Positions 38,843 to 46,122 of a stretch of 58,696 bases of DNA are shown piece after piece. Made by a program: the position numbers and the translations under genes. This stretch comes from Pseudomonadota bacterium (GTDB taxonomy: Bacteria; Pseudomonadota; Gammaproteobacteria; Steroidobacterales; Rariloculaceae), in assembly GCA_036231525.1 (NCBI GenBank), contig JAZAGZ010000071.1, forward strand, positions 1 to 58,696, written 5' to 3'. Positions within the stretch are counted from its first letter, which is position 1; every line of letters starts with the position of its first letter. The notes under the pieces were generated by a model that was given only the letters and a program-made list of their open reading frames with translations, ran no database searches and had not been told where the DNA came from.

Positions 38843-39649
38843 CTATGCTCCTCCACGAGCCTGCATGTGTCGTATGAGGTTATGATCGATATAGGTCTGG
38901 GTTTCGAAAACCTGCCGCTCCTGCAAGAGCTGAAGCTGGTGTACCAGAAACATCACCACAATTGAGATCAGTAATGCGATAAACGTACTGTTGAAGGCCG
39001 TACCAAGACTTTGCGTAACGCCTGCTATATCACCATCCACTGCACGATGCGCTTGGCCCAAAGCTTCACCGATACCCCGGACGGTACCAATAAACCCAAC
39101 TGACGGGATTGCCCACGCAATATAACGAATCATGGACAGCTCGGATTCAAGCCTCTCACTTTCGGACTCACACAGGGTATTTGCGACGGAGGACACGTCC
39201 TGAACATTTCGTGTAGACCCGAAACGCTCTAGCGCAGACAAGAGAGCCCGCGGTAACAGCATACCGCGCACGGTGCCCGGCAACGATTGAATCGTACGTG
39301 CGTACTCTCGGGTATCTTCCGGAAGAATTCGAACACCTTCCCCGACCGGTAAGAGCTCCTCTTGTAGTAATTTACGCTCTCCGGCCGCTTTGATCGCCTT
39401 GTAACCCATGATAGAAAATGCCCATAGCATTAAAACGAAACAAGCTTCCTGCTCGAAATCTCGAATTAGAACGTATAAGGAACGCTCAGGTGTGTAATTT
39501 GCATCTTCCTGAATTCGTAGTGCCTGTTCATCTATGATAGAGGTTGCCTGCGGACGAACGACCGTCACGTAAACAGCATGCACCAAAATCACAGCGATAA
39601 TTAGAGCGAATACCTGATAGAGAAATTCGTTGGGCAAATTACGTTTCAT
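38843..39649 (-). CDS. MotA/TolQ/ExbB-family proton channel protein
   Basis: 268 aa with four predicted TM helices and an approximately 90-aa loop between TM2 and TM3. Family signature in the last two helices: IAWAIPSVGFIGTVRGIGEAL...SLGTAFNSTFIALLISIVVMFL. Confidence 0.75.
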   Translation of the reverse strand: MKRNLPNEFLYQVFALIIAVILVHAVYVTVVRPQATSIIDEQALRIQEDANYTPERSLYVLIRDFEQEACFVLMLWAFSIMGYKAIKAAGERKLLQEELLPVGEGVRILPEDTREYARTIQSLPGTVRGMLLPRALLSALERFGSTRNVQDVSSVANTLCESESERLESELSMIRYIAWAIPSVGFIGTVRGIGEALGQAHRAVDGDIAGVTQSLGTAFNSTFIALLISIVVMFLVHQLQLLQERQVFETQTYIDHNLIRHMQARGGA

Positions 39650-39696
39650 TAATCTATGCTCTTCTAAAAAAACTCTGTTATCTGTTAAGGACCCAG

Positions 39697-39909
39697 TTAA
39701 ATATTCACCGGAAATACAATTTCTTCATCTGCAGCTATTTCTTCACTAGGAATAAAAATCTCACTCAAAGATCTCGTATCCGGCGGCTGGGGTGCAGACT
39801 CAGTCGATGCCGGTGGAGCAGTTTCCTCAGGCTCCGTATCCTGACTTACTACAGAAAATGGCATTGTCGCCAATAACATCATGGTAAAACCTGTACGTGC
39901 TATAGCCAC
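39697..39909 (-). CDS. small secreted acidic/Pro-rich protein (70 aa)
   Basis: Signal-like N-terminus MAIARTGFTMMLLATMPFSVVSQ, then DTEPEETAPPASTESAPQPPD...EEIAADEEIVFPVNI. It sits in an operonic position between two larger genes. Confidence 0.45.
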   Translation of the reverse strand: MAIARTGFTMMLLATMPFSVVSQDTEPEETAPPASTESAPQPPDTRSLSEIFIPSEEIAADEEIVFPVNI

Positions 39910-39958
39910 AGCTTACACTCCCAAACCACCTAGTTTATTAGACAAGATTGCGCACCAA

Positions 39959-42415
39959 TCATTCCAAATTTCGAGCAATACGAAACCCAGTCTTTTCATC
40001 GCCTACTACACTGTAGTTTCGGGAAGCTGAGCGCAAGTCCGTTATCGTTGCACTTCGCCAATTAGCACCCCTTATCACATGGAAACGCCCAGTTTCCGGA
40101 CCGAGCGGATCTTCTAGAACAGTCTCGGTCTGAGTTTGACCTACCTGATAATAATCCTGCACCCACTCCGACACATTCCCACCGAGATCAAAAATCCCCA
40201 CAGCGTTAGCATCAAAGCTCCCCGATGGCGCCGTAGTGCTAAAACCATCGTTATAGGTCACGAGCGTTGTCGACAACAATTGTGCAGCGGATACATCAGC
40301 ATAATTGCCAGACCTATCTGGAGGCGGCAACGCAGCTCCCCAAGGATACGTCAGAGGGTCCTCCCGTGCAGCGAAGCGTGCTGCCCACGCCCATTCAGCT
40401 TCTGTTGGCAATCGATAACCGTTACGCAACGGCCTAACCGCAGTCCACCTCCCGTCACCTACTTCCTCGTAAACCGGTTGGAACCCGTCCTGGATGCTCA
40501 ACCAATTCATAAATTGAGCAACTTCCTCCCAAGTAATTCTCACCACCGGTTGATCATCCTCATTAAGGGAAACCCATGTGTGGACCCCTGAGTTATGATC
40601 AGCTTTGAATGCCCTAAATTCAGCATTACTAACCTCTTTGACCCCGAGATAAAACGCATTGTTAAGTCTCACTGCACGCAGTGCCTCATTTGAACGGCGA
40701 CCTTGTTCACGACGAGAAGAACCCATTGTGAACTCACCAGGAAGCACCAGCCTCAGTTCCTGTTCCAAGCTTGTCTGCACAACTCTGAGATACCCAGATC
40801 CGGTTGTTGTATCCAACTCCTCCAGCATTGTCTCCCACTTCTGAGGAAACCCTGGCCTAGGGGTGATCGTTGTCGACTGCAGCTTAAACCCGGTTAATCG
40901 TAGTTCGAGTTCATGGCTTACAGCATTTAGTGTTAGTTGAGCTGGGGTCACACCCCGAAGCTCACCGTCCACGAAAATTTGTGCGGCTGGAGGTGTACTC
41001 AATATCTCAACGATTCCAAGTTGAGCAACCATTGGAATCACAACCCTCTGCCCACTATCTGCCAATACCGAAAACTCTCTTGTCACAGACTCATAACCCG
41101 GCTTTGTTAATGCAATAGTATGAGGTTGTTCAGGAGTAAGTCGCAGGGTCAACGGTGTTTGCCCTTGAAATGAACCGTCCACGCTAACTGCCGCACCGGT
41201 AGGGTTGCTAATAAGCTCTACTCGTCCATCTGCTTGAGTTAGGCTAACCTCAGGTAAGGTCAACGCCTGATCTGCCAGCACAGTAATATTATCTTGCCAA
41301 GCGTTATAGCCTCTGAGCCGCACTTCAACTTGGCGTTCACCCGCACCTAACTCCAAAATCGCAGGAGTCGACCCAAGTAGCATTCCATCGACTAGAATCT
41401 CAGCGCCTGTCGGGCGGCTGCTCAAACTGACGGGCGCCCAGTTAGGGGTCAAAGCACCCGAAAAGGTTTGACGTTGATGCTCTCCAATCACCTCAAACTC
41501 AAGAACCTCTGAAAGATAACGCTCAGCAAAATACTCAATGCTATGCCGACCGGGAACAATCTCAATGTCACTCAAGGGCGCCGTCCCGAGGAAAATACCA
41601 TCCACATGCACGTTGGCACCAACATCTGGCTCTGTCACAAAAGTAATGAGTCCAGGTAATTTCGTGAATTCCAAACGCACGGACTGATCAGGTGATTGGC
41701 CCACTTCGACCACCTCATCCAGGGGATAGTAGCCCTCTAACCGTGCAGAGATATGATGCGATCCTGATCGCAGTAAAAACCGATCCCCCATTTGCACCTT
41801 AAAGAGTGTGCCCGGTATCTCCAATTCCTCTGGTGCCGGCTCAATAATGAGTTCGACTGATTTTGCCGTAAACGCAAACCAACCAAACACCGCTAGTAGC
41901 GCAAAAGCGCTGCCAACCATCATTGCCGACCGGTTAGGTCGTACCCTTAAACCACTGGTCTTTGCGTCCGCCTGAGAACGAAAAGTGATTGGAGCGATCT
42001 CAACTTCGTCAACCGCACCTATCTCTCGTGCGAGTTCTTCTAGATCTGGTGGGGCCGTATCACCTCCAGTTATCTGGCCTTCGATGTACAAGCTGAGCCG
42101 GCCAGCGCCAAGATCGCACCGGACCCGAGCAGTATCTAACGAAGCGGTTTCACCATCCTTTAGCCAACGGGATCCTACAATCGACTCTCCTTCGAGCCGC
42201 AATCCTCGGGTCTCTTTACCCGGTTGAATAAAGAATTCTCCATCAAGCGCACCGATCTGAAACGAGCCAGACACACCATGGAGTCGCACATCACACTCTG
42301 CGCCTCCACCAATTAGCACTGGCAAGTCACCGGCCGTAAAGTGGCGTTCCTGCCCGCCGGCAGAAGTCATTAGCACCCAGTTCTCAGACTCCATCATCAG
42401 ATTGACTCTACACAT
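39959..42415 (-). CDS. FHA-like / TM / PEGA-repeat / FGE-sulfatase(SUMF1)-like transmembrane protein
   Basis: The N-terminal approximately 110 aa have an FHA-like pattern (LPVLIGGGAECDVRL...GEFFIQ...LKDGE) but lack the canonical Arg/Ser/His/Asn. TM segment SAMMVGSAFALLAVFGWFAF. Four clear PEGA units: GANVHVDGIFLGTAPL, GAEILVDGMLLGSTPA, GAAVSVDGSFQGQTPL, AAQIFVDGELRGVTPA. The C-terminal FGE-like domain contains MGSSRREQGRRSNE...YLGVKEVSNAEF...RGANWRSA. An alternative start at 42397 gives a TGATG overlap. Confidence 0.7.
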   Translation of the reverse strand: MCRVNLMMESENWVLMTSAGGQERHFTAGDLPVLIGGGAECDVRLHGVSGSFQIGALDGEFFIQPGKETRGLRLEGESIVGSRWLKDGETASLDTARVRCDLGAGRLSLYIEGQITGGDTAPPDLEELAREIGAVDEVEIAPITFRSQADAKTSGLRVRPNRSAMMVGSAFALLAVFGWFAFTAKSVELIIEPAPEELEIPGTLFKVQMGDRFLLRSGSHHISARLEGYYPLDEVVEVGQSPDQSVRLEFTKLPGLITFVTEPDVGANVHVDGIFLGTAPLSDIEIVPGRHSIEYFAERYLSEVLEFEVIGEHQRQTFSGALTPNWAPVSLSSRPTGAEILVDGMLLGSTPAILELGAGERQVEVRLRGYNAWQDNITVLADQALTLPEVSLTQADGRVELISNPTGAAVSVDGSFQGQTPLTLRLTPEQPHTIALTKPGYESVTREFSVLADSGQRVVIPMVAQLGIVEILSTPPAAQIFVDGELRGVTPAQLTLNAVSHELELRLTGFKLQSTTITPRPGFPQKWETMLEELDTTTGSGYLRVVQTSLEQELRLVLPGEFTMGSSRREQGRRSNEALRAVRLNNAFYLGVKEVSNAEFRAFKADHNSGVHTWVSLNEDDQPVVRITWEEVAQFMNWLSIQDGFQPVYEEVGDGRWTAVRPLRNGYRLPTEAEWAWAARFAAREDPLTYPWGAALPPPDRSGNYADVSAAQLLSTTLVTYNDGFSTTAPSGSFDANAVGIFDLGGNVSEWVQDYYQVGQTQTETVLEDPLGPETGRFHVIRGANWRSATITDLRSASRNYSVVGDEKTGFRIARNLE

Positions 42416-43911
42416 TCCACCATAATCGGGGAGAGCTCCCGTCCAGGTATCACATTAAATGTTTGCCGGACGTCAACGAAGCCATCCCTACTACCCACGA
42501 CCGTGTAGCTGCCAGGCCGTAGCTCCAGGTTTCTGACACGAAATTTTCCTAGTTGGCCCACCCTGTACACCGTAACCTCAGTCTGTTCATCAGAGTGAAT
42601 CTCAACACGAATAGGCGTCGAAGCTAAACGAACCAATCGACTAAGTTCAGTGATTTGCTCTTCCAGCCGAGGTCCAGCCTCGGAGATGCCATGTGCCTCG
42701 GTCAACAGGTTCTCCGTATCACGCAATACTCGGTCATTAAACAGTAAGTCAGGGTTCTCGATAATATTTATCAGTTTGAGATCCAGGTCTACTCTGCTTT
42801 GCGCCCTCTGAAGCCCCTGCTGTGCAAACGCCAGGCTGGAATCCGTCTCTAGCGCATCCCGATATTGCCCGATAGCCAGCTCCCAAAGCTCCCTCAGTTC
42901 AAAAGCTAGTGCACGTGCTTCCACGAGCGCGATCTGATCGAGTTTTTGCCCTTGTTCTGCTTGAGTCTGACCATCCAAAGCATTGCGAGAATCCGGGCGA
43001 AGAACTAACGCCTGGGTAAAGAACTCATAGGCATCATCGTAATCCTCTTGCGCCAGATTACTTAGCCCCTGAGACATAAGCGTATCGAATCGCCTGTTCT
43101 GAATCACGGTGTTGACCGCCACTAACGCAGATTGTGCCGGTACCCAAAGACTGTCTATTACCAGTGCCTCACGATAACCCTCGGCTGCCTCTTCAAGGTT
43201 CCCGGCACGCTCAAACTCCTCAGCAACCCGCATCAACTCCAACACTTCGGGTAATTGCTGCGCTCTGAGCAAACCGGTTTGTGCGAGAGAATTTTCCGCT
43301 TCGATTCTAAGAACCAATTCAAACTGCTCCAACGCTACCGCCGAATTGCCAGCCTCAAGAGCTTCGCCGCCCGCGCTAAGCGCCGCAGTAATAAGCTCTA
43401 TCGAACGCTCAAGCAATTCCTCTCCCAATTCCAAAGCCTGAGAATAAGCAGGAACCGCATCATAAAAGGCATCTATGAGGTAAGCGTCATCGCCCTCCCT
43501 CGAAAGAGCCTGATAAAGCCCAAAATCCTCTCCCCCCCACTCAGAAACAGACTGTCCATCTAGCTCACCCTGCTGACTCAGTAAAAGCGCTAACAAACTT
43601 TCAGCCTGATCCCTCAGATCTTCCAATTCCTCAGGTGTAAAAAAAGGACCTTCAGACACCGCAGGAGTGTCAAGTTGCGTCCCCTCCACAACAGGTACTT
43701 GTTCCCCTTGCTCCTCAACCCAGTTTGGTAAAACAAAGAACACCACCCCTGCTATCGCAATCAGAACGCCCAGTAGAACTCCGGGGAGTGAAATCATGCC
43801 CGTCCGTTTAGGGTCATCCCTAAAATTGTTTGACCGGGCGCCCTTGAGTCCTGGTCTGACCGGAACAATGGCTTCTTCATGCCCGGGATTTTGAGGCTGT
43901 TGATCTGTCAT
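42397..43911 (-). CDS. bitopic TM protein with periplasmic TPR-like repeats and a C-terminal PEGA-like beta domain
   Basis: TM segment LPGVLLGVLIAIAGVVFFVL. Repeated helical A/E/L-rich units such as GNLEEAAEGYREALVIDSLWVPA and EDYDDAYEFFTQALVLRPDS. The C-terminus is LRPGSYTVVGSRDGFVDVRQTFNV. ATGA overlap with the kinase gene. Confidence 0.55.
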   Translation of the reverse strand: MTDQQPQNPGHEEAIVPVRPGLKGARSNNFRDDPKRTGMISLPGVLLGVLIAIAGVVFFVLPNWVEEQGEQVPVVEGTQLDTPAVSEGPFFTPEELEDLRDQAESLLALLLSQQGELDGQSVSEWGGEDFGLYQALSREGDDAYLIDAFYDAVPAYSQALELGEELLERSIELITAALSAGGEALEAGNSAVALEQFELVLRIEAENSLAQTGLLRAQQLPEVLELMRVAEEFERAGNLEEAAEGYREALVIDSLWVPAQSALVAVNTVIQNRRFDTLMSQGLSNLAQEDYDDAYEFFTQALVLRPDSRNALDGQTQAEQGQKLDQIALVEARALAFELRELWELAIGQYRDALETDSSLAFAQQGLQRAQSRVDLDLKLINIIENPDLLFNDRVLRDTENLLTEAHGISEAGPRLEEQITELSRLVRLASTPIRVEIHSDEQTEVTVYRVGQLGKFRVRNLELRPGSYTVVGSRDGFVDVRQTFNVIPGRELSPIMVECVESI

Positions 43912-44774
43912 GGTCTTTGCATCATAGACAATTCAATTGACGCCAATTCTAAGGCATCGGCAAAGGGACTGATGTCCTCATACGGCCCCTTTGTAGCAGG
44001 ACTTAACACTTTAAATACAAGCTCGGCCAGAGACTTTAAGCCCTCAATCCCACCAGATTCGAGTATTTTCAAGGGTCTGCAGAATTTTTCGAGCATTTCC
44101 AAAGACGGGTTCCTGCCAAAAGGTAGAGTACCGGTCCAAAGCTCGTAGATCAGAGCAGCAAAAGAGTACACATCATCACCCACAGTTGCCGGACCACCTT
44201 GCCTCTGGTTTGCGCTTTGGTAGTCAGCCGTGCCACCGCCTTGGTGTGCACGCGTACCAACTGACACAGCGAGACTGAAATCGATTAAACACGGCTCATC
44301 CCCGGGGCGCAGTAAAACGTTCCGCACCTTTATATCACGATGGAGAATTCCCAAAGCATGCATATACCCCAGCGCGCTCGCGAGTTGGGCGGCCACTGGC
44401 ACCCACTGCCGAGGCTTACCACCTGCTAGAGATACCAAGTCTCCCCCCCCTACGTACTCCATTACGAGACCGATCTCTCCACCCATCTCTATGAGCCCCA
44501 ACACAGAAACAATATTTCTGTGTGAAAGGTCATTAAGAAATCTGTACTCCCGAAGAATAAGCTCGCGAGTCGCTACACGATTCATTACATCTGGATTAGA
44601 TGCCTTGACTGCAATCGGAGTTCCCGTAGATCTTGTCGCCGCCCATACCTGGGACATACCACCCTGACCCAGGCATGCACCCAGACAAAGCTCCTCTTCG
44701 AAGGGCTCGGGGGTTATATGGAAAAGTGGGTTATTCACGGAACCGAAAAGGGAGCGCCTTGATAAGAGCGCCAA
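43908..44774 (-). CDS. stand-alone Hanks-type Ser/Thr protein kinase (catalytic domain only)
   Basis: Gly loop LGQGGMSQVW, VAIK-like IAVK, catalytic loop HRDIKVRNVLL, DFG replaced by DFS, subdomain IX DVYSFAALIYELWTGTLPF. No TM helix or extra domain. Confidence 0.8.
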   Translation of the reverse strand: MALLSRRSLFGSVNNPLFHITPEPFEEELCLGACLGQGGMSQVWAATRSTGTPIAVKASNPDVMNRVATRELILREYRFLNDLSHRNIVSVLGLIEMGGEIGLVMEYVGGGDLVSLAGGKPRQWVPVAAQLASALGYMHALGILHRDIKVRNVLLRPGDEPCLIDFSLAVSVGTRAHQGGGTADYQSANQRQGGPATVGDDVYSFAALIYELWTGTLPFGRNPSLEMLEKFCRPLKILESGGIEGLKSLAELVFKVLSPATKGPYEDISPFADALELASIELSMMQRP

Positions 44775-44787
44775 CCGTGCGGACCAC

Positions 44788-46110
44788 TCAAACGCCGGTG
44801 GTTACCTCGCCGTCACTATCGGCGCTCTCTTTCGCCTTACTACTTTCCTCAAGCAACTCGGTCTCCTCCTCCGACGGAACCTCAGATAATGCCTCCGTGT
44901 AGATATCCACCTCGGGGACTAGCCCCGTCTCTGATTGATATAGCTGTAACAGAAGCTCGCGCCACTCTTCATATTGAGCATCAGCAGTTCCAGTAAGCCG
45001 GTGCTGAACCCCCTCAATATCAACAACCATGGGTCTGACCTCCTCATCAAAGCTAGAGGAAAGTTCCTCAAGGCTTGCTGTATGCAACCGCCTCTCCTGC
45101 CGACGAAGAGCTCCAGTTCTTATCATATCCATGCTCATATACATGATGGAATCGCGGAGAACTCGCTGGGAGTAACTATTATTACCACCGCTACTCCCAT
45201 AAAGAACGGATGCTACAACTCCCGCGATGCCCAAACCCGTCCGCCAGTTAGCCGAACGTTGTAACTCTCGAATAGCAAGTGCCTCTTCACGAGCGAACTC
45301 GCGCCAACCGTCGTATGAATCTTGCGAATTTTGGTAGAAGTCCACGTAGTGCTCGTTCAGCGTTTCGATGAACAGATGCTCACGTTCGCGCACACGCAAA
45401 GTACGCTCAAATTGAGGGTCATCCTCAGCTGGTAAGCGTCTCAGCTCATATGCACCATTGCGTCTCTGCTCCACATAATCACCGAACGCTTCGGGACTAA
45501 GTTCCCCTGCAAAACGAATCTGAGACACCGAGCGGATGTTTCGCGCCTCGGTTGACGATAAGTCGCCCCTAACTGCAGCAAGATCGTTGGCAATATTATT
45601 AAAGACGTCCTGATATGGATCAAGATCGGGATACCGCTGTCGATTGTATGACCCGGCAGCGGTTTCCATACCATACTCGTCATCTAACCATATCCTGCCG
45701 GTCGCATCAGTGGCTATCACATCCAGTCGTACCCGATCGCCATCTGATTGGCGAATCTCCGCGGTAATATTGATGTCGGCGGCAGTCGACTCTTCTGGGG
45801 TTACCCATACACCTCCCCAGTGACCACTCTTTTGAAGAGTGTCCCTAAGGTGGACTGCCATGTAACGTGCCTCTGTACGACGAATCTGAACGAAGGTTCC
45901 ATCATTAATGAGCTCCTCAAGTAGCTCATGATCAATCTCACCTTCGGGAACCCCCGAATCAAACACGACTATGCTAACGTCTAGCAGCTCTTCTTCAGGC
46001 ACGGTCGCTGTCTCAGGCACAAGCTCAACGGAGTGAGCAACAATAACTTCATTGCTGCTGCACCCGGAAACTACACCTGCGATCAAGATCAGTATGCCAA
46101 TTCGCCGCAT
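44788..46110 (-). CDS. lipoprotein of unknown function (440 aa) with an acidic C-terminal tail
   Basis: Lipobox IAGVVSGCSS. One internal hydrophobic Gly-rich segment, GLGIAGVVASVLYGSSGG. The C-terminal tail is EVPSEEETELLEESSKAKESADSDGE. Confidence 0.55.
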   Translation of the reverse strand: MRRIGILILIAGVVSGCSSNEVIVAHSVELVPETATVPEEELLDVSIVVFDSGVPEGEIDHELLEELINDGTFVQIRRTEARYMAVHLRDTLQKSGHWGGVWVTPEESTAADINITAEIRQSDGDRVRLDVIATDATGRIWLDDEYGMETAAGSYNRQRYPDLDPYQDVFNNIANDLAAVRGDLSSTEARNIRSVSQIRFAGELSPEAFGDYVEQRRNGAYELRRLPAEDDPQFERTLRVREREHLFIETLNEHYVDFYQNSQDSYDGWREFAREEALAIRELQRSANWRTGLGIAGVVASVLYGSSGGNNSYSQRVLRDSIMYMSMDMIRTGALRRQERRLHTASLEELSSSFDEEVRPMVVDIEGVQHRLTGTADAQYEEWRELLLQLYQSETGLVPEVDIYTEALSEVPSEEETELLEESSKAKESADSDGEVTTGV

Positions 46111-46122
46111 AACTCTCTCCGT

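Noticed and set aside
34379-39649. Reading the MotA-like plus OmpA-like pair as a Zorya (ZorAB) anti-phage system.
   Set aside because: The MotA-like protein is only 268 aa and has no long C-terminal tail. The OmpA-like protein has no Asp in its TM helix. No ZorC/D/E-like nuclease or helicase genes are present. A defence role is not excluded, but this is not canonical Zorya.
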